Counted from the first letter of the stretch, positions 29,216 through 39,413 are shown. The stretch is DNA of 64,000 nucleotides from Parvibaculaceae bacterium (GCA_965226465.1 OZ245362.1:769931-833930), one strand, 5' to 3'. Notes: generated from the sequence alone by a model not told the origin. Numbers and translations: made by a program.

Positions 29216-30367
29216 CTAGCTAATCCAGCCCCCACCCAAAACGCGCCTATGGGGCGGCGTTGCCGAATAAAACACACAAGCCTGCCCCGCTGACACCCCC
29301 TCTTCGGGACTATCCAACTGGATATGAGCACCATTTTTTTCCGAAAGCCAAAGCCTCGCAGGCTGTGGCTCCGTGGTAGAGCGGATACGGGCATGAATAG
29401 GAAGCCCCCCTTTTTGAAAAGCAGGGCTATTTTTTTCACCAAGCCAATTGACCTCCTGCAAGCTAATCTCCCGCTTAGCCAACGCCTCACGAGGACCAAC
29501 AATGACACGGTGCTTATCCGCATCAATCCCAACCACATAAAGTGGCTCACCCGAAGCAATACCAAGCCCCCGCCTCTGCCCGATTGTATAATGAATAATC
29601 CCCTTATGGCTCCCCAGCTTTTCCCCCTCCATAGTGACAATATCGCCGCTTTCCGCCGCATCAGGGCGCAGTTTCTCAATAATATGGGCATAATCCCCAT
29701 TGGGAACAAAACAAATATCCTGACTATCGGGCTTATCCGCAACACAAAGCTCAAGCAGCGAAGCAATATTACGCACCTCGTCTTTGGCAAGATTGGCAAG
29801 CGGAAAGCGCAGAAAAGAAAGCTGCTCTTCTGTAGTAGAAAAAAGAAAATAGCTCTGGTCACGCCTGACATCATGCGGGCGGTGCATTTCCCACCCGCCC
29901 TCTCCCCTATGGCTGGCAATATAATGACCGGTGACAAGAGCCTCAGCATTTAACTCTTTCGCCATTTTCAGAAGATCCTGAAACTTCACTTTTTCATTAC
30001 AGCGAATACAAGGTATCGGCGTTTCCCCCGCCAGATAGGAGGAAGCAAAATCCTCCATAACCTCATTACGAAAACGGCTTTCATAATCAAGAACATAATG
30101 AGCAATATCAAGGCTCGCAGCGACCCTTTTCGCATCATGAATATCCCTGCCGGCACAACATGTTTTTGTTTTTGCCACCATTTCCCCATGGTCATAAAGC
30201 TGCAAAGTAATGCCAATGGTTTCATATCCACACGCCGCCATAAGGGCTGCGGTAACCGAGCTATCAACACCGCCCGACATGGCTACGACAATTCTAGCCT
30301 TTGGCGAGGATACATCCTCAAGCCTGACACGTTGTAAAATATCCTCTGATATTTGGAATCTATTCAT
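29216..30367 (-). CDS. mnmA: tRNA 2-thiouridine(34) synthase MnmA
   Basis: 383 aa with the PP-loop VVAMSGGVDSSV, the catalytic C (CAGRD...) and the IPCIRCN motif. Confidence 0.95.
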   Translation of the reverse strand: MNRFQISEDILQRVRLEDVSSPKARIVVAMSGGVDSSVTAALMAACGYETIGITLQLYDHGEMVAKTKTCCAGRDIHDAKRVAASLDIAHYVLDYESRFRNEVMEDFASSYLAGETPIPCIRCNEKVKFQDLLKMAKELNAEALVTGHYIASHRGEGGWEMHRPHDVRRDQSYFLFSTTEEQLSFLRFPLANLAKDEVRNIASLLELCVADKPDSQDICFVPNGDYAHIIEKLRPDAAESGDIVTMEGEKLGSHKGIIHYTIGQRRGLGIASGEPLYVVGIDADKHRVIVGPREALAKREISLQEVNWLGEKNSPAFQKGGLPIHARIRSTTEPQPARLWLSEKNGAHIQLDSPEEGVSAGQACVFYSATPPHRRVLGGGWIS

Positions 30368-30554
30368 ATTCTTGCCCTAGTTTTTCTTTGCCCATCATAG
30401 CAAGATTACTATATGCGCCAAGTTTTTTACAAAAAAAAGGATTTATTCATATTCTGTCAATAAAAGAGTTTTAACTTTCTTTTGATTTTACTCTTAGGCG
30501 GCTTTATGTGCAGATTGTCTCCTTTGCCTGACTTAACACTAATGAGAGGATGAT

Positions 30555-31250
30555 ATGCGAGTTTTACTAATTGAAGATGACCGGACGATGGCGGAGAGCA
30601 TTGAGCTCATGCTGAAGGATTCGGGTTTTAATGTTTACATTACCGAATATGGCGAGGAGGGCATGGAGCTAGGCAAGCTCTATGATTATGACGTGATTAT
30701 ATTGGATTTATCCTTACCGGATATGGGCGGCTCCGATGTATTGCGCAAATTGCGAACGGCAAAGATAGAGACGCCAGTTCTCATCCTTTCGGGCTATACG
30801 GATATAGAAAATAAGGTGGAAAATTTAAGTTTTGGCGCCGATGATTATATGACCAAGCCCTTTCACCGTGATGAGTTAATCGCTCGCCTTAATGCGGTTA
30901 TTCGCCGCTCTCGTGGTCACTCTGACAGTTTAATTTTGACGGGCAATCTGACCATTAATCTGGACCAGCGTGTTGCCGAGATAGAAAAAAAGCGTGTTGG
31001 CTTGACGGGCAAGGAATATGAGATGATAGAGTTATTGGCTCTACGCAAAGGCTCAACCATCACAAAGGAGATGTTTCTGAACCATTTATATGGCGGCTTG
31101 GATGAGCCTGAGTTAAAGATAATTGATGTTTTCATCTGCAAGATACGCAAAAAAATAGCGGCGATGAATACGGGTGTCCATTATATAGAAACGGTTTGGG
31201 GTCGCGGCTATGCCTTGCGAGAGCCGCTCCCTCAGGAGGAAGCCGTTTAG
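30555..31250 (+). CDS. ctrA: cell-cycle response regulator CtrA
   Basis: 231 aa. Sequence MRVLLIEDD...[18 protein letters not shown]...I.TPVLILSG...[23 protein letters not shown]...[45 protein letters not shown] is a near-canonical CtrA sequence. Confidence 0.9.
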   Translation: MRVLLIEDDRTMAESIELMLKDSGFNVYITEYGEEGMELGKLYDYDVIILDLSLPDMGGSDVLRKLRTAKIETPVLILSGYTDIENKVENLSFGADDYMTKPFHRDELIARLNAVIRRSRGHSDSLILTGNLTINLDQRVAEIEKKRVGLTGKEYEMIELLALRKGSTITKEMFLNHLYGGLDEPELKIIDVFICKIRKKIAAMNTGVHYIETVWGRGYALREPLPQEEAV

Positions 31251-31921
31251 GGGCTAATCTTTGCCAGCATTTCAATAATGGCATGACTGTCGGGCATGGC
31301 ATTGCGGAGCTTCATTTTCACGCCCTCAAACGCCATCACATCCTCAATGCGCCGCCTCAAAAAGCCTTCCGTTTCCGCATAGTTTTCACTTTCATCAGAA
31401 AGCCAATGCAGCAGGGTTGAGGCAATCACGCCACTTAATACAAGCCGCTTGGAATAAAAATTACCATCCGTGCTTGTATCGCCAATTGCCCGCCACATCA
31501 TATCCGCCGAGCCATAAACCATCTGAAAAGCGGTAAGTGCCTTGCCCCTTACGCTCAAAAAATAAAGCCCCTTATGGACAAATACCCGATTGCTCTCATA
31601 GCTTCGCAAATATTGCTGAACAGCAAAAATAATTTTTTCCCGAATTTTTTTATCAGAAAGCGTAGCCCCCTCTATTTCTTTACGAATAAGCTTATCCCTC
31701 TGCTTTGAGAAAAACACCAATATCCCCGCAATCCCCTCAGGAAATAACAACCCCGCAAGAGCGGGCGAAAGCTTTGCCTTTTCCGCCGCCCGCTCCAATA
31801 AATCGGGCGCAATCCCACCCTCTCCCCCAACCAAAGCAAGGGCGGCATTGAGGAGCTTTATTTTTTCCTTATCATTTTCATCCTGTTTCATAAGGCTATA
31901 TTGCAAAGCTTTACTGGACAT
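31247..31921 (-). CDS. COQ9 family protein (rpsU-divergently transcribed protein)
   Basis: 224 aa. It shows the conserved divergent arrangement with rpsU and COQ9-like C-terminal blocks ([32 protein letters not shown]). Confidence 0.8.
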   Translation of the reverse strand: MSSKALQYSLMKQDENDKEKIKLLNAALALVGGEGGIAPDLLERAAEKAKLSPALAGLLFPEGIAGILVFFSKQRDKLIRKEIEGATLSDKKIREKIIFAVQQYLRSYESNRVFVHKGLYFLSVRGKALTAFQMVYGSADMMWRAIGDTSTDGNFYSKRLVLSGVIASTLLHWLSDESENYAETEGFLRRRIEDVMAFEGVKMKLRNAMPDSHAIIEMLAKISP

Positions 31922-31973
31922 GGAAAGGTTTTTTTGTTATGAATCTTCGGTTTGATAGAAGGAGAGCAAAGCA

Positions 31974-32195
31974 TTGCAAGTCATTGTACGCGATAATAAT
32001 GTTGACCAAGCCTATAAGGTGCTGAAAAAGAAACTTCAGCGCGAGGGCGTATTTCGTGAAATGAAACTTCGCAGTCATTTTGAAAAGCCCTCCGAAAAGC
32101 GCGCCAGACAAAAAGCGGAAAGCATCCGCAGAACCCGCAAATTAGCACGAAAAGTATTTCACAGCACAAGCGGTGTCGCCTCCCGCAAACGCTAA
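31974..32195 (+). CDS. rpsU: 30S ribosomal protein S21
   Basis: TTG start after GGAGAG. The product [42 protein letters not shown] is canonical S21. Confidence 0.9.
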   Translation: MQVIVRDNNVDQAYKVLKKKLQREGVFREMKLRSHFEKPSEKRARQKAESIRRTRKLARKVFHSTSGVASRKR

Positions 32196-32201
32196 GCTTT
32201 T

Positions 32202-33608
32202 TTAGAGAGCCTTTACGATATCCTCGACCATTTTCTTGGCATCGGAAAACAGCATCATCGTATTATCACGGAAAAACAGTTCATTTTCCACACCCGCATA
32301 TCCCGCCCCCAATGACCGCTTGACGAAAATTACAGTTTTGGCATTTTCAACATCCAGCACCGGCATCCCAAAAATAGGACTTGTGCTATCAGTTTTGGCA
32401 GCAGGGTTCGTAACATCATTGGCACCAATAACAAAAGCGACATCGGCTTGAGGAAACTCGCTATTAATATCCTCCAGCTCAAACACCTCATCATAAGAAA
32501 TATTCGCCTCCGCCAGCAGCACATTCATATGACCCGGCATACGCCCTGCAACAGGGTGAATGGCATAGCTTACCTTCACCCCCTCGCCCTTTAGCGCATC
32601 TGCCATCTCACGAATAGCATGCTGAGCTTGGGCTACCGCCATGCCATAGCCGGGAACAATAATAATACGCGAAGCATTTTTCATAATGAAAGCAGCATCC
32701 TCCGCACTGCCCTGCTTGATATTTTGCGCCATTGGGTTTTTTGCAGAAACCCCCTGCTCAACACCAAAGCCGCCCAATATAACCGAGAGAAAGCTACGGT
32801 TCATGCCCTTGCACATAATATAGGATAAAATCGCCCCCGATGCCCCGACCAAAGCACCGGTAATGATAAGCGCCATATTGCCGAGCGTGAAGCCAATCCC
32901 CGCCGCCGCCCAGCCCGAATAGGAGTTCAGCATAGAAACCACGACAGGCATATCCGCCCCCCCAATAGGCAGAATAATAAGAAAGCCGATAAGAAATGCC
33001 AACACACTCAAGCCAAGAAACCAGCTCACAGATTGCATCGGATAAGAAAGGCACATCATAGCGATAATGGAAACCATGCCGATAAAAATAAGGCTATGCA
33101 GCAAATGGCGCAATGGCAGCAATATCGGTGCGCCCGACATCACGCCTTGCAATTTAGCAAAAGCGATAACCGAGCCCGAAAAAGTAATCGCCCCAATCGC
33201 CAACCCCAGCGACATTTCCAACATGCTAATAGCAGAAATAAACCCCCCATCAGCAATACCAAAATCTTGAGGCGATAAAAAAGCAGCCCATGCAACCCAA
33301 ACAGCAGCCATGCCAACCAGAGAATGAAACCCCGCCACCAATTGCGGCATAGAAGTCATAGGAATACGAACAGCAATAATCGCCCCAATAACCCCACCAA
33401 TACCAAGCCCCACCGCCCCCAAAACCCAAAAAGCAGGGCTAAAGCTTTGCATAAGCAGCAAAGTAGTGACAATAGCAAGCCCCATGCCGAGCATGCCCAT
33501 TTTATTTCCAAAGCGAGCACTTTCGGGCGAGCTTAACCCCCGCAATGCGAGGATAAAAAGCACCCCCGAGAGCAAATAGCTAAGCGCAAGAATTTCAGCG
33601 GGGATCAT
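32202..33608 (-). CDS. pntB: NAD(P) transhydrogenase subunit beta
   Basis: 468 aa with multiple TM helices and a C-terminal dIII NADP(H) domain (IIVPGYGMAVAQAQ..., HPVAGRMPGHMNVLLAEA). Confidence 0.95.
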   Translation of the reverse strand: MIPAEILALSYLLSGVLFILALRGLSSPESARFGNKMGMLGMGLAIVTTLLLMQSFSPAFWVLGAVGLGIGGVIGAIIAVRIPMTSMPQLVAGFHSLVGMAAVWVAWAAFLSPQDFGIADGGFISAISMLEMSLGLAIGAITFSGSVIAFAKLQGVMSGAPILLPLRHLLHSLIFIGMVSIIAMMCLSYPMQSVSWFLGLSVLAFLIGFLIILPIGGADMPVVVSMLNSYSGWAAAGIGFTLGNMALIITGALVGASGAILSYIMCKGMNRSFLSVILGGFGVEQGVSAKNPMAQNIKQGSAEDAAFIMKNASRIIIVPGYGMAVAQAQHAIREMADALKGEGVKVSYAIHPVAGRMPGHMNVLLAEANISYDEVFELEDINSEFPQADVAFVIGANDVTNPAAKTDSTSPIFGMPVLDVENAKTVIFVKRSLGAGYAGVENELFFRDNTMMLFSDAKKMVEDIVKAL

Positions 33609-33892
33609 TTTTCCCTCTTTCTATACATAGCCAGCATGCGCCTTGTCACGAGAAAGCCGCCAACGATATTAATGCCCGCCATAATGGTTGCCCCAAATCC
33701 GAGCCATGTTGAAATATTGGAAAAGCCCCCGCTGGCACTAAGGGCGATAATCGCCCCGACGATAATGACCGAGGATATGGCATTGGTCACCGCCATTAAG
33801 GGGGTATGGAGGGCAGGCGTTACCGACCATATAACATAATAGCCGACAAATATTGCGAGGATAAAAATACTGACAAGATAGATGATATCCAT
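33605..33892 (-). CDS. pntAB: NAD(P) transhydrogenase subunit alpha part 2
   Basis: 95 aa membrane protein with VTPALHTPLMAVTNAISSVIIVGA and GGFLVTRRMLAMY. It overlaps pntB by 4 nt. Confidence 0.9.
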   Translation of the reverse strand: MDIIYLVSIFILAIFVGYYVIWSVTPALHTPLMAVTNAISSVIIVGAIIALSASGGFSNISTWLGFGATIMAGINIVGGFLVTRRMLAMYRKREK

Positions 33893-33907
33893 AGGGAGAG
33901 GCTTCTC

Positions 33908-34636
33908 CTATTGCGCCGCATTACCGGCTTCTGCGCCCGCTCTTTCAAGAATGGCAATAATCTGCTGTCCAATTTCGGGGTCGCTATGTTGGCGGGCAAG
34001 GTCAAGCGGTGTGCTACCCCAAGCATCGCGCACATTCACATATGCCCCATTTTTGATAAGAATATCAGCAATTTCAGGATTTTTTCCAAGCATCGCATTG
34101 GCATGGAGAGGCGTTCTGCCTCCGGCACCCCTCGCCTGAATATCAGCACCTTCTTTTACGAGCATCGCAACCACTTTCGCATTGCTATTATGAGCGGAAG
34201 CGCTATGCAGCGGTGTCCAAGCATGGAGCTTATCCCTAACATTGGTTTTTGCACCGGCACGGATAATAGCTTCTCCGACATCGGGATTTTCATTGAGCGA
34301 AACAGCACGGTGAAGCGGTGTCCAAAACCCATCATCACGGGCAGTAATATCCGCCCTTGCTTTGATAAGAACCTTTACAACCCCAGCATCCTTATTTCGG
34401 AAAGCGGCAAGGTGGAGCGGTGTCAGACCATAATCGCCCCTCTCATTGACATCAGGCTTTGGTCTTTGGCGCAAAAAGCGCGATACCTCTCTTGCCGAGC
34501 CTGTCTCCACCATTTCATATAATGAGGCAGGCTGAGCGGCAGGGCTGGAGGGCGCACTTACGGAAAAGCACAACGCCATGATAAGGGTTAGAAGCGGAAA
34601 TTGATATTTTTGGATTTTGTTCATTATATTTCTCAT
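33908..34636 (-). CDS. secreted/periplasmic ankyrin-repeat protein
   Basis: 242 aa with an N-terminal signal peptide (…FPLLTLIMALCFSVSAPSSPAAQPA) and at least 5 ANK repeats (LTPLHLAA, WTPLHRAV, WTPLHSAS, RTPLHANA, STPLDLAR). The ATG overlaps the pntAA stop (ATGA). Confidence 0.85.
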   Translation of the reverse strand: MRNIMNKIQKYQFPLLTLIMALCFSVSAPSSPAAQPASLYEMVETGSAREVSRFLRQRPKPDVNERGDYGLTPLHLAAFRNKDAGVVKVLIKARADITARDDGFWTPLHRAVSLNENPDVGEAIIRAGAKTNVRDKLHAWTPLHSASAHNSNAKVVAMLVKEGADIQARGAGGRTPLHANAMLGKNPEIADILIKNGAYVNVRDAWGSTPLDLARQHSDPEIGQQIIAILERAGAEAGNAAQ

Positions 34637-35757
34637 TTTAACGCAGGGTGAATAATCTTTCCTTTATAGCAAAGCATGGTTTGGGCGATAATTTCATCCT
34701 GCTCAGGGGTTTTTATGTTTCCGTTTTCATCCAATGCATTTTCCACGAAATGAAACAGATTGCGAGCATAAAGCTGCGTTGCATTAAGGGCAAGGGAATT
34801 ATTATGCTGGCTAAGCCCGATAATTTTGACACCCTTATGCTCAACAATGCTTTCTGGTTTTGAAAGAGCACAATTTCCACCATTTTCAACCGCCATATCA
34901 ATAATAATACTACCCGCTTTCATGGTTTCCACCATTTTCTGACTGATGAGGAGCGGTGCCTTCTTTCCGGGTATGAGAGCGGTGGTGATAATAATATCCT
35001 GCTTTGGAATATGGCTTGCGACAAGCTCCGCCTGTTTTTTCTGATATTGCTTACTCATCTCTTTGGCATATCCCCCCTCACCCTCGCCGCCCTCCTCATC
35101 ACTATCGGGCTTGACCATAATGAACTCGGCAGCAAGGCTTTCCACCTGCTCAGCAGCAATGGGGCGCACATCGGTTGCGCTCACAATAGCACCGAGGCGT
35201 TTTGCCGTAGCAATCGCCTGCAATCCAGCAACCCCCGCCCCCATAATAAACATTCTGGCAGGTGCCAACGTCCCAGCCGCAGTCATCATCATAGGAAAGA
35301 CCGCATGATAATAATATGCCGCCTCAAGAACCGCCCTATAGCCAGCAAGATTGGACTGGGAGGAGAGCACATCCATGCTTTGCGCCCTTGTAATACGCGG
35401 AATAAGCTCCAGCGCAAAAGCACGCACCCCCGCCTCCATACATGTTGTTACCGCTTTCGGGTTTCCATAAGGATTAAGAAGAGCAATGAGAGCGGCAGAA
35501 GGCTTCATATATTTGACAATTTCATAATTGCGCACGGCAAGAACAATATCGGCATTTTTAACCGCCAACTCAGCACTTTTGGCAATTTTTGCCCCCGCCT
35601 TTTGAAACGCCCCATCAGGGATAGAAGCCTTTACCCCCGCCCCTTGCTGGACGGTAATTTCAAATCCGGCTTGGATGAACTTCTTGACCGTTTCTGGATT
35701 GGATGCGCAACGGCTCTCCCCCTTATCCGTCTCGCAGATAATGGCGATGTTAGTCAT
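34633..35757 (-). CDS. pntAA: NAD(P) transhydrogenase subunit alpha part 1
   Basis: 374 aa from ATG 35757 (MTNIAIICETDKGESR...). It has an alanine-dehydrogenase-like dI domain (MGAGVAGLQAIATAKRLGA). Confidence 0.9.
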   Translation of the reverse strand: MTNIAIICETDKGESRCASNPETVKKFIQAGFEITVQQGAGVKASIPDGAFQKAGAKIAKSAELAVKNADIVLAVRNYEIVKYMKPSAALIALLNPYGNPKAVTTCMEAGVRAFALELIPRITRAQSMDVLSSQSNLAGYRAVLEAAYYYHAVFPMMMTAAGTLAPARMFIMGAGVAGLQAIATAKRLGAIVSATDVRPIAAEQVESLAAEFIMVKPDSDEEGGEGEGGYAKEMSKQYQKKQAELVASHIPKQDIIITTALIPGKKAPLLISQKMVETMKAGSIIIDMAVENGGNCALSKPESIVEHKGVKIIGLSQHNNSLALNATQLYARNLFHFVENALDENGNIKTPEQDEIIAQTMLCYKGKIIHPALK

Positions 35758-35863
35758 AAACGAAAACCAAGAGAGCCAATAAGACAATAGCGGTGATGAT
35801 GAGGCTATATTTTCCCAGCGTCAGAAATCTTTGATATGTTTTCAGATGCTCTTTGGCATCCAT
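35750..35863 (-). CDS. 37-aa single-TM protein resembling bacterial aa3-type cytochrome c oxidase subunit IV family
   Basis: This gene is not in the ORF track because it is under 60 aa. Hand translation gives MDAKEHLKTYQRFLTLGKYSLIITAIVLLALLVFVYD*. Its stop and last codons overlap the pntAA start (TATGACTAA). Small COX4-like genes upstream of pntAA are a recurring alphaproteobacterial arrangement, as recalled and not searched. Confidence 0.55.
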   Translation of the reverse strand: MDAKEHLKTYQRFLTLGKYSLIITAIVLLALLVFVYD

Positions 35864-35918
35864 TTCCTTGCCCCATTTTTGTGTATTTTGTGTTTTCTGC
35901 ACTTCGCACCTTATGGGT

Positions 35919-36818
35919 TTATCGGATTAGGAATATTTCAACCCGACGATTTTGCTCATTGGAAACGCCGTCCCTGGTCGGAATAAGCAATTGTTTTTCA
36001 CCACGGCTTCTAACCTGAACTTTTTTGATATTAAACTCTTCAATTTTCTTGGCGACGCTTTTGGCACGGCGCAATCCGAGATGATAATTATAATTATCGG
36101 GACCAACACTATCGGTATGCCCGACAAGCAATATGGTCTGGTCTTTAAGCTGGTTTCTGAGCCTATATAATATATTTAACGCTTTCGGCGTCAGCTCCTG
36201 CGAGTCATGCTGGAAGGTAACCATAACGAGCATTTGCGATTGAGCGGCACGTTTAACCCTAACGGGTCTGCCTTTTTCACAACCCTTAGCCATAGCGTTT
36301 TCAAAGTTTTCTCTGGCAATGGCGACATCTTCCTTTGAAGCAGGACCGCCCGCTCTTCTATAAAAACTTCCGCTATCGCCATAGAGATTATCGGTAGCCT
36401 GCTCCACCCAGCGGTCATAGGCGGCTTGAGCGTTGCCGCAAGCACATTGCTGGGAGAAACTATTGGCACCTTGCAATGCCTGAATGAGCCTTTGGCGGGC
36501 AAAATTAATCTCTTCTATATTTGCATTTGTGGTAGCAAAATCCTGAATATTATAAGGGCTGACCTGTTTATTGCCCTTGGCGGCGATACCCTTCTTAGCA
36601 AGAAAAACCGCCCCTCCCCAGCTTCCATCCTTTTTGACCTCTTCCTTTGCGAAAATCCTATAGCCTTCCGCAAGGCAGGCATTACGACTGCTTGGCGCAA
36701 TCGGCTCGTCCATAAAACGCTGTACATTATTATAATCAGCAGAACAGCCTGCCAATAAAATGACAAAGGCAAACAGGCTGAGTATTCTTGTTTTATAACG
36801 GCTCATCATATTCCTCAT
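35919..36818 (-). CDS. OmpA-family lipoprotein
   Basis: 299 aa with the lipobox ILLAGC and a C-terminal OmpA_C peptidoglycan-binding domain (LVGHTDSVGPDNYNYHLGLRRAKSV...NRRVEIFL). Confidence 0.85.
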   Translation of the reverse strand: MRNMMSRYKTRILSLFAFVILLAGCSADYNNVQRFMDEPIAPSSRNACLAEGYRIFAKEEVKKDGSWGGAVFLAKKGIAAKGNKQVSPYNIQDFATTNANIEEINFARQRLIQALQGANSFSQQCACGNAQAAYDRWVEQATDNLYGDSGSFYRRAGGPASKEDVAIARENFENAMAKGCEKGRPVRVKRAAQSQMLVMVTFQHDSQELTPKALNILYRLRNQLKDQTILLVGHTDSVGPDNYNYHLGLRRAKSVAKKIEEFNIKKVQVRSRGEKQLLIPTRDGVSNEQNRRVEIFLIR

Positions 36819-36869
36819 TATTGCTCCCCCCTTAGCATGAAGCAGGATAGGGTTTTATTCAAGTGTAAA

Positions 36870-36995
36870 TTATCCCTGTCTGGCTTTAAAGCGGCGATTG
36901 ACTTTATTGATAACATATAAGCGTCCTCTACGGCGCACAATCTGATTCGCCTGGTGGCGGGAGCGCAAGGACTTTAAGGAGTTTCTAACCTTCAT
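36870..36995 (-). CDS. rpmJ: 50S ribosomal protein L36
   Basis: This gene is not in the ORF track (41 aa). Hand translation gives [41 protein letters not shown], the zinc-independent (YkgO-type) L36 pattern. Confidence 0.9.
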   Translation of the reverse strand: MKVRNSLKSLRSRHQANQIVRRRGRLYVINKVNRRFKARQG

Positions 36996-37113
36996 CTCTC
37001 TACCTTTCAAAACCTCATGAAAGGCGAAAAATATGCCAGCAAGAGCGGCTTGTCAATACAGCAAAACTGAATTATATAGTATTCTTGTTTTATGGCAGGG
37101 ATAGGAGAGGGAT

Positions 37114-37980
37114 ATGACGGTGAAATTAGGCATTATTGGCGGCTCTGGCATAGGGGAAATGGCAGGGCTGGAGGGGGCAGAGCATATATCCGCCACCAGC
37201 AGCTATGGCACCCCAAGCTCAGATATTCTGACCGGCACACTTCAAGGCATAGAGATAGCCTTTCTCGCCCGTCACGGCAAAGGGCATATTATCCCGCCCC
37301 ATAAGGTAAATTATCGCGCCAATATAGATGCGCTGAAGAGGATTGGGGTCACCGATATTCTCTCTCTCTCAGCAGTCGGAAGCCTACAGGAGCAATATGC
37401 ACCGGGCAGCTTTGTAATTATTGACCAATATATTGACCGCACCATACAACGCCAAAAGACCTTTTTTGATGAGGGCTGTGTCGGACATGTTGCGATGGGA
37501 ACCCCCATCTGCCTACGCTTAAACGCTTTCCTTGCCAAAGCATGCAAGGCAGTAGGCGTGAAGCTCCACAATGGCGGTACTTATCTGGCAATGGAAGGAC
37601 CACAATTTTCCACCCGCGCCGAAAGCGAGCTATATCGTAGTTGGAATTGCGATATTATCGGCATGACCAATATGCCGGAAGCAAAACTGGCAAGGGAGGC
37701 AGAGATTTGCTATGCGGGCATAGGCATGGTGACCGATTATGATTGCTGGCGGGCAAGGGATGCAGAAGTTGATGTCAGCGCAATCTTAGAAATTTTAGGC
37801 AAAAACGCCGCCCACGCACAACAGCTCGTAAAAGAAATGGCGTCCCTACTTTCCCCAAAGCGCGAGATTTGCGAACAGGGATGCGACAGAGCACTGGAAT
37901 ATGCGATTCTCACCCCACCCGAAGCCCGCAATAAAGAAAGCCTAAAAAGACTGGAAGCCGTCGCAGGACGAGTCCTCTAA
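37114..37980 (+). CDS. mtnP: S-methyl-5'-thioadenosine phosphorylase
   Basis: 288 aa with IIGGSG, FLARHG.GH.IPPH.VNYRANI, GPQFSTRAES and DIIGMTNMPEAKLAREAE motifs. Confidence 0.9.
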   Translation: MTVKLGIIGGSGIGEMAGLEGAEHISATSSYGTPSSDILTGTLQGIEIAFLARHGKGHIIPPHKVNYRANIDALKRIGVTDILSLSAVGSLQEQYAPGSFVIIDQYIDRTIQRQKTFFDEGCVGHVAMGTPICLRLNAFLAKACKAVGVKLHNGGTYLAMEGPQFSTRAESELYRSWNCDIIGMTNMPEAKLAREAEICYAGIGMVTDYDCWRARDAEVDVSAILEILGKNAAHAQQLVKEMASLLSPKREICEQGCDRALEYAILTPPEARNKESLKRLEAVAGRVL

Positions 37981-39323
37981 AAAAAGCTCCGCAAAAACAT
38001 CCATATCAACCCAGCGGGGGCAACAAACCGACAGAAGAAATACCAGGTTTTGAACACCCATTCCTTTTCGCTTGTTGCAAAGCTTGGATGCAATGCCTCT
38101 TTGGGCAGCACCCATACGGCAAAGATGACGGTCAGGAAAGCACAAGTCGGCATTAAAATCGTGGAGGTGAAATAATCCTTCACATCAAATATGGTTTTCC
38201 CCTCGCTAAAGGGGTGAAAGCCCGACCATATATTAAAGGAGAACACGCTTGCCAGCCCGATAATACCGGCGGCAAGGCAGACATAGGCGCTGGCTTTGCG
38301 CCTTGGCATAGAAAAGCTTTCCACACACCAGCGCACCACCACTTCCAGCAAGGCAATGGCGGAGGTAAGTGCCGCAAACACAACCAGCAGGAAAAACAAC
38401 CCGCCGACAAAACTTCCCAAAGGAAGCCCATTAAAAGCCAGCGGCAAGGTCGTAAATAACAGACCCGGACCCGCAGAAGGGTCAAGGTTCTGAGCAAACA
38501 CAATCGCAAAAATACCAATCCCCGCAATCAGCGCAATACAGGTATCCACAATACCGATAATGGCGGAGAACCGCCCCACCCCTCCATATTGGGTCAGATA
38601 GGCACCATAGGTAATCATCATGGCAAGCCCAACGCCCACCGAAAAGAAGCCATGCCCCACGGCGGAGAGAACAACCGAAGGCGTAATTTTAGAAAAATCA
38701 GGCGTGAACATAAACGCCAGCGCCTTGCCCATATCGCCCACAAAACCGCTATATACCGCCAAAGCCAATAACATGAATAAAAGGGTAGGCAGCAAGATGA
38801 TACTAGCCCTCTCAATACCCTGGTGTAGCTGGCGCGACACGATTAAAAAAGTGAGGATAAGAAAAGCAATTTGCCACAAAATAAGCTTGGCAGGGCTTGC
38901 CAGCAGGGAGGAGAACACCGCCCCCACCCCCTCAGCGTCCAGTGCCGAAAAGCCCCCCGAAAAGCTAATAGGCACATAGGCAATGACCCATCCCGCAATA
39001 ACGGCATAAAAGCTCAGAATAAGAAAGCACCCGATAACGCCGAGAAGCCCAACAATCCCCCAATGGGCAGATTTTTTAAACTTACTACATAACGCCCCGA
39101 TAGAGCCTACCGCATCGCTCCCCCCCTGCCGTCCAATAGCAAGCTCGGCGGCACAAATAGGAATAGCAATAGCGAAAATACTGACAAGATAGATAATGAC
39201 AAAAGCCCCTCCCCCTTGCGTTCCTGCCATATAGGGAAATTTCCAGATATTCCCCAGCCCCACAGCAGCACCAATGGCAGCCATAAGAAAAGCGATACGA
39301 GATGACCAACCTGCTTTTTCCAT
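37977..39323 (-). CDS. sodium-dependent transporter, neurotransmitter:sodium symporter (SNF) family
   Basis: 448 aa with about 11-12 TM helices and the N-terminal NSS signature AIGAAVGLGNIWKFPYMAGTQGGGAF. Confidence 0.9.
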   Translation of the reverse strand: MEKAGWSSRIAFLMAAIGAAVGLGNIWKFPYMAGTQGGGAFVIIYLVSIFAIAIPICAAELAIGRQGGSDAVGSIGALCSKFKKSAHWGIVGLLGVIGCFLILSFYAVIAGWVIAYVPISFSGGFSALDAEGVGAVFSSLLASPAKLILWQIAFLILTFLIVSRQLHQGIERASIILLPTLLFMLLALAVYSGFVGDMGKALAFMFTPDFSKITPSVVLSAVGHGFFSVGVGLAMMITYGAYLTQYGGVGRFSAIIGIVDTCIALIAGIGIFAIVFAQNLDPSAGPGLLFTTLPLAFNGLPLGSFVGGLFFLLVVFAALTSAIALLEVVVRWCVESFSMPRRKASAYVCLAAGIIGLASVFSFNIWSGFHPFSEGKTIFDVKDYFTSTILMPTCAFLTVIFAVWVLPKEALHPSFATSEKEWVFKTWYFFCRFVAPAGLIWMFLRSFF

Positions 39324-39413
39324 GATATTTCCTTTTCTATTATTTGATATGATTCGTTTTCTTCCACTATCTATGCTAAATATTCATAGTCTATTAAGCA
39401 AGGGGATAGAAAA

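Noticed and set aside
29200-29949. 249-aa minus-strand ORF in an alternative frame of mnmA
   Set aside because: It is on the same strand as mnmA but out of frame with it, and mnmA has an unambiguous PP-loop and full-length homology pattern. The alternative product is Leu/Arg-rich nonsense.
30368-30554. CtrA-box (TTAA-N7-TTAA) autoregulation sites upstream of ctrA
   Set aside because: Only imperfect matches were found (TTAACTTTCTTTTGA). They cannot be distinguished from chance in AT-rich DNA.
33806-34522. 238-aa plus-strand ORF
   Set aside because: It is antisense to the ankyrin-repeat gene and pntAB, and is a shadow ORF.
35011-35790. 259-aa plus-strand ORF
   Set aside because: It is antisense to pntAA. 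It has no motifs and its composition mirrors the opposite-strand codons.
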